Virus record (IMG/VR): IMGVR_UViG_2734482786_000005
Coordinates: 1 to 16,166 of that record
Strand: one strand, 5' to 3'
Source: a virus
Lineage: Duplodnaviria; Heunggongvirae; Uroviricota; Caudoviricetes
Length of the DNA: 16,166 nucleotides
Shown here: positions 7,367 to 14,190 of the stretch, in pieces
Layout of the letters: each line of letters opens with the position of its first letter
How positions within the stretch are numbered: the first letter of the stretch is position 1
Made by a program: the position numbers and the translations under genes
The notes under the pieces: generated by a model
Seen by the model: only the letters and a program-made list of their open reading frames with translations
Told to the model about the DNA's origin: nothing
Database searches by the model: none

Positions 7367-9495
7367 AAAACGCGCCGAATTTAAAATATCAGCCGAAGGA
7401 TAAATTCACTGAGGCAATCATTTTTGCCGGGATGGATGCTTACGCTCACGCTCAACACTGGATTGAAAGCGAAGGACGGAAATATGGCGATAGCGTGCCG
7501 CCTGTTTACCTGGGGCCAAAGCAACTGGCAGATCTGGCTAATATCCGCATTGTCGACGATGAACGTCGTTTTGCGCGCGTCTATCTCGCGGGGGAGATCG
7601 AACCAATCCAGATTAATGCTATCGCTGAAAGGCTGGCGCTGGCTGGCGTAAAGGATGCGAAATTATACAAAGGTATCCCTGACCAGGATCCGGAGAACTG
7701 GCGCGACTACCTGCAACGGATCCGTGAACAGGCAGAGCGCGGGGAAACCCTGACTGAAGGAATCGGAATAGCTGGTGGCTCACCCGGTAAAACAGGCCCC
7801 ATGAAACCGCATATTACCGAAAAAGACGGGGCGCTCTGGTATATCGAGCCAATCCCCAACACCAGGGCAGAGGAGATGAATTATAAAGAAACCTGGCTGA
7901 GTGACCGGATGCGCACGGCAGGTATTGGTAATGACGGAAGGGAGGCGTATCTGATTATTGAAATGATCCCGGAAGGGACACAAAAAATTATTTACGAAGC
8001 GATGCCGCGCAATGAAATCGGTATGCCCGCAGGATGGGCGCGATTACGTGGGCGGGGAGTTGCAATCACTACCAGCGCCCATTTATTGAACAAACTGGCG
8101 GAATACCTGCAACGTCATGGAGATCGCACGGTGTGGGAGGTCACATCAACAGCAGGTTGGCATTGTGGAGCCTATGTTATGCCTGATGGCGAGGTGATTG
8201 GTGTGCCTGATCGTCCCGTAGCATTCTGCGGCGGATCTGCCGCCATCAAAGGCTATATTGTCAGGGGCACGGTGCATGAATGGCGAAATAATGTTGCTTC
8301 TCTGATGCGTGGCAATCACTCAATGATGCTTGGGGTGCTGGTCGGGCTGGCAGCCCCGCTAAATTCCCTTGTGGGGGGTAGTTGTTTTGGTATTCATCTT
8401 TTCGCGCAGTCGTCAGCGGGGAAAACCACGACTGTGGAGGCCGCCACCAGCCTTTATGGCGACCCTGAAATGCTTAAACTCTCGTGGGATGCCACCCGGC
8501 ACGGGTTGACAGTGGAAGCCGCTGCACGTAATGACGGTTTTATCCCTATTGATGAAATTGGTCAGGGAGGAAGGGTTAATGACATTGCGCAATCCGCCTA
8601 CAGCCTGTTTAACGGTGTGGGCAGGATTCAGGGGCGCAAGGACGGCGGCAATCGTGCGGTAATGCGCTGGAAAATAGCGGCACTAAGCACCGGAGAAGAA
8701 GATTTTGAAACCTTCCTGTTAAAAGGGGGAATTGCCCCAAAGGCAGGGCAACTGGTGCGACTGCTAAGCATTCCCTTTACCGATACAACGGTGTTTAACG
8801 GTTATGACGATGGTGATCAACATGCCAGGGCCATAAAGCGACTTTCATCAAATTATTGTGGCGCTGCGGGACGTGAGTGGGTGCGCTGGTTATCCGCTCA
8901 CAAGGAGTTGGCTATCAACACCACTTCAGATAAAGAAAATGCCTGGCTGGGAAATCTGCCTGAAAATGCCTCGTCACAGGTAAGGCGAGTGGCATCGCGA
9001 TTCGCCATGCTGGATGCAGCCGGAGAGCTTGCTACCGCAATTACTGGCTGGACAGCTGAAGAATGCCGGGAAGCAACGCAACGGGCTTTTGATGACTGGC
9101 TACAGGATTTCGGGCTGGAAAACCGGGAAAAATATCAGGTCATCAGTCGCGCCCGTGACTTTATTCAGCGCCATGCCCTGAGTCGTTTTCAGCCTTATAC
9201 CTACGGGAAAAGCAATGGGGATATGGATAACCACTATGCATCCCGTATAAGCAATCTTGCAGGCTATCTTGTCAGCGGTAAGCGTGAGGATGGAAAACCC
9301 GAATATCACATTATCCCGTCAGTGTTTGATAGCGAAATTTTATGCGGTATATCCAGGAACTTTGGGTGTCAGGCGCTGGAAGAAGCCGGAATGCTGGTTT
9401 GTGCAGAACCTGGTCGCTGGACATCGAAAACAGTGAAGATTAACGGAACACAGCAGCGATTTATCGTGCTGATTGATCAGGCAGAAGACGAATAG
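7363..9495 (+). CDS. replication protein, primase/helicase-like with SF3-type P-loop NTPase domain (DUF927-like, P4 alpha / PICI Pri-Rep analogue)
   Basis: 710-aa ORF with GTG start at 7363 (the first ATG is further in at 7432). Walker A-like FAQSSAGKTT and a downstream acidic IPIDEIG (Walker B-like) motif. Size and position, immediately upstream of an iteron array, fit a replication initiator. Confidence 0.7.
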   Translation: MKNAPNLKYQPKDKFTEAIIFAGMDAYAHAQHWIESEGRKYGDSVPPVYLGPKQLADLANIRIVDDERRFARVYLAGEIEPIQINAIAERLALAGVKDAKLYKGIPDQDPENWRDYLQRIREQAERGETLTEGIGIAGGSPGKTGPMKPHITEKDGALWYIEPIPNTRAEEMNYKETWLSDRMRTAGIGNDGREAYLIIEMIPEGTQKIIYEAMPRNEIGMPAGWARLRGRGVAITTSAHLLNKLAEYLQRHGDRTVWEVTSTAGWHCGAYVMPDGEVIGVPDRPVAFCGGSAAIKGYIVRGTVHEWRNNVASLMRGNHSMMLGVLVGLAAPLNSLVGGSCFGIHLFAQSSAGKTTTVEAATSLYGDPEMLKLSWDATRHGLTVEAAARNDGFIPIDEIGQGGRVNDIAQSAYSLFNGVGRIQGRKDGGNRAVMRWKIAALSTGEEDFETFLLKGGIAPKAGQLVRLLSIPFTDTTVFNGYDDGDQHARAIKRLSSNYCGAAGREWVRWLSAHKELAINTTSDKENAWLGNLPENASSQVRRVASRFAMLDAAGELATAITGWTAEECREATQRAFDDWLQDFGLENREKYQVISRARDFIQRHALSRFQPYTYGKSNGDMDNHYASRISNLAGYLVSGKREDGKPEYHIIPSVFDSEILCGISRNFGCQALEEAGMLVCAEPGRWTSKTVKINGTQQRFIVLIDQAEDE

Positions 9496-9527
9496 CACAA
9501 CCTACGCTCGCAGAGGGTCAAAAATCG

Positions 9528-9801
9528 CGGGATATGCGGGATATCGGGATATGAAAAATATATTGCAGAAATATCAGTTATTTATGTGTTGTTGTCGTAT
9601 CCCGCTGTATCCCGCCGTATCCCGGTATTTAGGTTTACGAGTGGTTGTAAAACAAACAAAATAACCGTATCCCGGAATGTATCCCGCAATATCTTATTGA
9701 TGCATAAGCAAAAAAAAACTTACCGGGATATGGCGGGATATGAAAAATCACATAACACCATGAAATAAATAAGTTTTTTTGTTCATATCCCGATATCCCG
9801 G
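9528..9801. repeat. Iteron array (putative origin of replication): about 12 copies of CGGGATAT / ATATCCCG in both orientations, with A/T tracts
   Basis: Direct tandem CGGGATAT(G/C) at 9528-9553; GTATCCCG(C/G) three times at 9598-9624 on a roughly 10-bp period; further copies at 9668-9687, 9724-9742 and 9785-9801. Poly-A and poly-T runs at 9710-9718, 9774-9780 and 9805-9826. Track ORFs 9473-9664 and 9586-9768 lie on these repeats and are not believed. Confidence 0.65.
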
Positions 9802-9952
9802 TAAAAAATGTTTTTTTACGCCTTATAGAGTACAGAAAAAAGATTGTTCAAATTTTGTATTACGATTGACTACTGTCAGCCATCCCACCCGGAAAAGGCA
9901 TAAAAGCTGACAGGTAACTGACAATGAGACAGTTTTATTTTTACGTGCCGAT

Positions 9953-10510
9953 ATGACGGCAACAATAATGGGGCAGAGCATGACAAAACTGACCATTAAC
10001 AGAAAACCGAAAGGTATTTACGGCACGCCGCAGAAAACGACGCAGGCGGCACAGAAGCAGGATAAAACCACATCGGCACATAAAGTGATGCCCGGTAACC
10101 AGAAAGCGCAGCAGAAGCCCACAGGGGCGACACCGTGGCGGCATATGACCAAACGCCAGCGCAAAAACCGCAGGCGCGTTAACCGCCTCACTGAGTTGTG
10201 GCCTGACTTATTCTGCAGGGAAGCACCGAAGCCACTTAAGGTGGGGATATTCAATGACCTGGTGCAGGATATCGCCGTCAGGGAGCTGGCATTCGGTCCA
10301 GGGGCATTACGTGCGTCACTGGCATCTTATGCGCAGTCACCGCGCTATTACCGAGCCCTGGTTGCTGGTGGGGTGCGCTATGACCTGAAAGGCCAGCCGT
10401 GCGGCGAGGTGACACCACAGAAACAGAACGAGGCAGAAATGCGGCTGATGGCGCTGAATGAGAAGCGCAAACGTCAGCGCCGGGCAGCAAAGGAGAAAAC
10501 AGGCGCATGA
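9953..10510 (+). CDS. ProQ/FinO-domain RNA-binding protein
   Basis: 185-aa ORF. The segment LWPDLFCREAPKPLKVGIFNDLVQDIA...LRASLASYAQSPRYYRALVAGGVRYDLKGQPCGEV parallels the ProQ N-terminal FinO-like domain as I recall it (PLKIGIF..DLV...R.DL.G.PCGE). The start is uncertain among ATGs at 9953, 9968 and 9980. Confidence 0.7.
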   Translation: MTATIMGQSMTKLTINRKPKGIYGTPQKTTQAAQKQDKTTSAHKVMPGNQKAQQKPTGATPWRHMTKRQRKNRRRVNRLTELWPDLFCREAPKPLKVGIFNDLVQDIAVRELAFGPGALRASLASYAQSPRYYRALVAGGVRYDLKGQPCGEVTPQKQNEAEMRLMALNEKRKRQRRAAKEKTGA

Positions 10511-10794
10511 TTCACGACAGCAAAGCGGAAGCACTGGAAGCGCGTGGTCTGTACCGGAGAGCGGCGGAAAGATGGGCAGAAGTCATAATGCGAGTGGATG
10601 GTGATAAGGCTCGGGAGGAGGCGGCAAAACGTCGCGCGGAATGTATCCGCAAGGCAGCCCGCCCACCAGCAAAGCTGGATAATTTCGAAGAGATGCGCGA
10701 AACCATCAGCCAGGCACATGCTGGTATGGGATTACATCAGCCCAATGGTAAGGCATTCAGGAAATACCCCGGGGCAAAAAATTACAATCCATGA
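10507..10794 (+). CDS. PerC-family transcriptional regulator-like protein
   Basis: 95-aa ORF whose start overlaps the previous stop (ATGA). The N-terminus MIHDSKAEALEARGLYRRAAERWAEV matches my recollection of PerC/Pch-family proteins. Confidence 0.65.
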   Translation: MIHDSKAEALEARGLYRRAAERWAEVIMRVDGDKAREEAAKRRAECIRKAARPPAKLDNFEEMRETISQAHAGMGLHQPNGKAFRKYPGAKNYNP

Positions 10795-10798
10795 GAGA

Positions 10799-10826
10799 GG
10801 CCGGGATTTTACCCGGCTTTTTTGTG
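10799..10826 (+). terminator. Rho-independent terminator-like hairpin after the PerC-like gene
   Basis: GGCCGGGATTTTACCCGGC stem-loop followed by TTTTTTG, immediately 3' of the stop at 10794. Confidence 0.6.
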
Positions 10827-10995
10827 TCAGCAAAAAAGCCCACAGACAGCAGTGTTGCGGGGGGGGGTTTCAGGTGGTTGAAGTCATTGGGAAGAACGTG
10901 AACATTACGCGCAAATGTTTCACAAATTGCAATAAAATGGATTGTTATTTCAGTTTATGCAATCATGAGCATTGCTTTGATCAGGAGAGATGATT

Positions 10996-11163
10996 ATGAG
11001 AAAAGCCAGCGTAAAACCCGTTTTACTCGCTCGTGAGCAGATTGAAGCATTACAGCGCATCCAGGACGAAGAGCGTCAAAAATCTGTGCTTGGTGTGGCC
11101 CCGTCGATTCATGTTATTGCCAGGCAACTGATGGACAAGGCACTTAAAGAGGTGAAACTGTGA
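10996..11163 (+). CDS. small hypothetical protein (55 aa)
   Basis: Not in the ORF track (under 60 aa). AGGAG at 10984-10988, 7 nt before ATG 10996. My translation is MRKASVKPVLLAREQIEALQRIQDEERQKSVLGVAPSIHVIARQLMDKALKEVKL. The stop overlaps the GTG start of the next ORF. Confidence 0.45.
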   Translation: MRKASVKPVLLAREQIEALQRIQDEERQKSVLGVAPSIHVIARQLMDKALKEVKL

Positions 11164-11432
11164 AATTAAATATCAGAGTGGATAAACGCCAGCTATGGCA
11201 GAAAAAAGAGAACAGTGAGGCATTCAGGGATTTGCTGGTGGAAAATCTTCAGCACCGTTTCAGTGGAGAGCTGCCAGACGCGCTGGGGAAAAAACTGGAA
11301 TCTCTGACGGTGGAAATTGGCGATTATGGTTTTGTTGATGTTGAAAGCACGACTGCCAACACAGAAATCGTAAAACAGGTCGTCAACGATGTAATGAAAA
11401 CCACGCTTAGCCAGCCATCCTGGCGTAACTGA
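11160..11432 (+). CDS. hypothetical protein (90 aa)
   Basis: GTG start overlapping the previous stop (GTGA), suggesting coupling. Acidic protein. No family recognised. Confidence 0.45.
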   Translation: MKLNIRVDKRQLWQKKENSEAFRDLLVENLQHRFSGELPDALGKKLESLTVEIGDYGFVDVESTTANTEIVKQVVNDVMKTTLSQPSWRN

Positions 11433-11531
11433 ATCCGCAAGGGGCGGTGATTGCCCCTCTCCGCCATACCCACAACGAATTCCTTTTTCGCATGAAGTGA
11501 ATGTTTATCGTATATGCATGAGGTGAGCCAC

Positions 11532-12056
11532 ATGTTGATGAGTAAAGCCGAATACGCCAAATACAAAGGTGTAAGCCGCCAGACAGTTTACGACTGGATC
11601 GAGAAAGGCGAGGTGGTCATGTCGGGTAAAAAAATTGATATGGAGGCTACAGAGTGGCGAAACAGCCCATCATCACAGGGAAAAGACACTGTTTCTGAAA
11701 TGTGGCCTGAGAGAACGCTGGAAATGACGTGGGGCGAGTTCTGGAAAGCTGTCAGGGACAGAGACGGTAAAATTCCTGCGCCAGTAACGGACGATGACAT
11801 AAAGCAGCGTGTGCAGGATGCAGCCGGGGAATTAGGCTGGGAAGCACACTTTCTTGATGATGGTGCTATCTGCCTTGAGGATGATGAAGGACAGCATTAC
11901 TTTGAACAATACAATTTGCGGGGTAATGCCAGGCTGGCAATTCGTATGCTGCGCTGTGAACTCTGCTATGTTGCAGGTGATTATCCTGATGAACTTGAAT
12001 CATGGAGCGAGGCAGGACTAAACGCCCTGGCTGAATGGGAGAAAACAGGTCATTAA
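11532..12056 (+). CDS. putative packaging-redirection protein with terminase small-subunit-like N-terminal HTH (Rpp-like), tentative
   Basis: Track ORF 11514-12056. I prefer ATG at 11532 because GAGGTG lies 6 nt upstream. N-terminal SKAEYAKYKGVSRQTVYDWIEKGEVV resembles the lambda Nu1 N-terminal DNA-binding segment as I recall it (KKQLADIFGASIRTIQNWQEQGMPV). About 175 aa, acidic C-terminus. Followed by a repeat array. Confidence 0.45.
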   Translation: MLMSKAEYAKYKGVSRQTVYDWIEKGEVVMSGKKIDMEATEWRNSPSSQGKDTVSEMWPERTLEMTWGEFWKAVRDRDGKIPAPVTDDDIKQRVQDAAGELGWEAHFLDDGAICLEDDEGQHYFEQYNLRGNARLAIRMLRCELCYVAGDYPDELESWSEAGLNALAEWEKTGH

Positions 12057-12063
12057 CGGCCGC

Positions 12064-12390
12064 AAAAAGTGTCAAGTTGAGCAGCTTGCAAGGTTGACAC
12101 TTTACACTCTGAACACGAAAAAGTGTCAACCTCGCTGTAAGCCCCGCCATTACTGGTCTTGCGCCATGTTTGCCACATCAAAAGGCCGAAAAAATCGCGA
12201 AAAGTGTCAAGTTGCCATGCTTAGAAATGCTAAGTTTTGTTAAGGTTTTTCGCGGAAAAGTGTCAACTCAACCTAACGGATCTTAACGCTCACGCACAAC
12301 AGCTGCAGCCAACGTGTAAAGGACTGATGCGAAGCAGGGCAGCTGTCAGCCTGTTATGGTTTGTTATGCCTTACCTGGGGAAAGTGTCAA
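12064..12390. repeat. Array of six AAAGTGTCAA motifs (five direct, one inverted), candidate packaging (cos/pac-type) or protein-binding site
   Basis: Copies at 12066-12075, 12120-12129, 12201-12210, 12257-12266 and 12381-12390 on the plus strand, and an inverted copy TTGACACTTT at 12094-12103. Most are preceded by CGCGAAA or CGCGGAA. A partial copy lies at 12437-12452. Confidence 0.6.
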
Positions 12391-12451
12391 CCGCTACCGT
12401 TTCAGAAAGCTTCAATTGCAGAGCGTTGGCAGCACCTGTCAAAACTTGTCA

Positions 12452-12480
12452 CCCGCCGGCACAGCCAGCGGGAATTTTTT
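12452..12480 (+). terminator. terminator-like GC hairpin plus T-run
   Basis: CCCGC...GCGGG stem followed by AATTTTTT at 12473-12480. Lies between the plus-strand backbone genes and the convergent minus-strand cargo operon. Confidence 0.4.
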
Positions 12481-12599
12481 GCTCTAAACGCTCTAAGTTA
12501 CAGTTGATGTGATCTGTAAACTGCGGTTGCAACTAGTAATCGTATAAAACCATCAGTTGCAGTTTTACCTAACTATAGTCACAATGATAGTTTATATAA

Positions 12600-14099
12600 T
12601 TATACATTGTATGCGAGGTAATCATATAATGCTAAAAGTTTCCGATAATCAGTATGAGATTTGTCCTTAAACTCCCGGACATGTTTTTCTAAATCTTCTA
12701 AGGGTATATGTTCATCATGAGCATTGAAGAAAATAATATTTTGTAATTTGCTATAACTATCAGAATGTTTAGCGTAAATATCTTCAATGGTATGTTCTAC
12801 TATTCTTTGATTCTTGGGTAACCTGGAATAGTTTAGATTTATTAATCTTTTTTGATTTTTCATTAATGATGTTAAGCATTTAACACCTGGGCTGAATTTA
12901 TGAAAAGCATAAGCTGGGAAATATGATCTTTTATTGATGGTGAACTTGTCAAGCAACTCGACAACATGTGATTCCTTATTTGAAATTAGATCAAAATAGT
13001 TTTCCATCATCTCCTGAGGTGTTTGCATGTATATTTTTATAGAGTTAACAGAACCGACGGCTAGAACAAGCTCATCATTTCTGAGTGTCTCCAAATCCCC
13101 AACAAGTTTTACTTTTATGTCTCCACCTTCCTTTATTTTACCAAAGATACTCTCTACTCTGCGTATATCCATTACCGAAACTGGTAAGTGGAGTTGAGCA
13201 AGTTCTTTATATATATCTGAGAAGTTATCTGTAACGATTTTATTAATGCTAATTAACCCTGCATCTTCTACTTCGAGATCGTGAGAGACAATGTTTAAAT
13301 TATCAATACCTTCTTCTCTTTCAATAAGAAGGAAGTTGTTTTTTATTTTTTCTGCAATTTTAGAACGAGGTGGTATGTATGAGAATATTGTTTTTAATAC
13401 TTTTTTTATATTCGGATCACCTATTCTATATCCCATAAATATAATCGGATTATGTATAAACAAGGATAGGAGTTGAGCACGAATTAATTCATATTTTTTA
13501 TCAAAATGAATATAGTCATCACTGGTTATTATTATGGATTCTGGTTTGCTAACGCATCCGTGAATTTTATAAACAGAACCATAAGGATTGCTTAAAAGTA
13601 TATCATTTCCAATAACAGGATTATAACCAATTGCACTTTCGATAAAATTATCATAGTTTGTCGTAATCACAGAGGCAATGTTTTTTGAGGCCTTTACTAA
13701 TTCAGATATTTCATCTTGAACTCCTAATTTTAAATCTGTGATATTAACCACCTGTGAAAGATAGATTTTAAATCTGCTGATATTTGAGGATATATCTTCT
13801 GACTCGTAGTATAAGTCATTGATATATTTGAACTTTCCGTTCCTGTCTGCTTTTAGTGTTGCATCAAAAATTTGCTCTAATTGCGTTGCTACTTTTGGAA
13901 GGTCTACAATACCATCTTTATTGCTGTTTTCTCTGACAAGATCTTTATAGAGTTCATTAGAATTTGTCAGGTCAATACTAATTTTCTCTAAGAGTGCCGG
14001 CCAGCTATAAGAAATTGATAAGTATCTCATGCTGAAACCTGCTCCAACAAATAATATTGGGTGGTTTCTGTAGCCTTTTAGAAAATCCGTTATATTCAT
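12600..14099 (-). CDS. SIR2-like domain protein (putative NAD+-consuming defence effector) with uncharacterised roughly 200-aa C-terminal region
   Basis: 499-aa minus-strand ORF with GGAGG 5 nt upstream of the ATG at 14097-14099. Motifs checked codon by codon: ILFVGAGFS (aa 15-23, DNA about 14031-14057), TTNYD (aa 146-150, DNA 13650-13664), KIHG with His180 (DNA 13557-13565). AT-rich: sampled lines are about 27-35% G+C. Confidence 0.75.
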   Translation of the reverse strand: MNITDFLKGYRNHPILFVGAGFSMRYLSISYSWPALLEKISIDLTNSNELYKDLVRENSNKDGIVDLPKVATQLEQIFDATLKADRNGKFKYINDLYYESEDISSNISRFKIYLSQVVNITDLKLGVQDEISELVKASKNIASVITTNYDNFIESAIGYNPVIGNDILLSNPYGSVYKIHGCVSKPESIIITSDDYIHFDKKYELIRAQLLSLFIHNPIIFMGYRIGDPNIKKVLKTIFSYIPPRSKIAEKIKNNFLLIEREEGIDNLNIVSHDLEVEDAGLISINKIVTDNFSDIYKELAQLHLPVSVMDIRRVESIFGKIKEGGDIKVKLVGDLETLRNDELVLAVGSVNSIKIYMQTPQEMMENYFDLISNKESHVVELLDKFTINKRSYFPAYAFHKFSPGVKCLTSLMKNQKRLINLNYSRLPKNQRIVEHTIEDIYAKHSDSYSKLQNIIFFNAHDEHIPLEDLEKHVREFKDKSHTDYRKLLALYDYLAYNV

Positions 14100-14190
14100 T
14101 TGACCTCCGAGATATATTAGCGGTAATCATTAAAATTTGTAAGAACACAGCTCAAGTATGTATTTAGCTGTAGAGATAAGAATTTACTTG

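Noticed and set aside
7424-9309. ORFs 7424-7651 (+), 7780-7983 (-) and 9100-9309 (-)
   Set aside because: They are nested within the 710-aa replication gene in other frames or on the other strand.
9473-9768. Track ORFs 9473-9664 and 9586-9768 on the plus strand
   Set aside because: They lie entirely on the iteron and A/T-tract region, have no RBS, and have repeat-driven composition. The region is better explained as an origin.
9528-9801. Possible CRISPR array, because of the many short repeats
   Set aside because: The repeat units are only 8-9 bp, occur in both orientations and have irregular spacing. There are no 28-37 bp repeats with unique spacers of uniform length.
10921-10990. Sigma70 promoter call upstream of the small gene at 10996 (TTGCAA at 10927-10932)
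   Set aside because: I found no convincing -10 hexamer at appropriate spacing. Several ATTGCA-type inverted repeats are present, but the evidence is too weak to call a promoter.
10018-10993. ORFs 9941-10144 (-), 10018-10254 (-), 10278-10508 (-), 10337-10534 (-), 10474-10719 (-), 10512-10706 (-) and 10598-10993 (+)
   Set aside because: They overlap the ProQ/FinO-like and PerC-like genes, or the intergenic terminator and G-tract. Their composition is Arg/Cys/Ser-rich, typical of GC-rich shadow frames.
11324-12512. ORFs 11324-11566 (-), 11588-11800 (-), 11866-12150 (-) and 12237-12512 (+)
   Set aside because: The first three are antisense to the plus-strand gene block. The last spans the AAAGTGTCAA repeat array and terminator-like hairpin and has no RBS.
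12056-12600. Lambda-type cosN (GGGCGGCGACCT) or P2/P4-type cohesive end near the TerS-like gene
   Set aside because: I did not find either sequence by eye on either strand, so I do not assert a specific cos type. Only the repeat array is reported.
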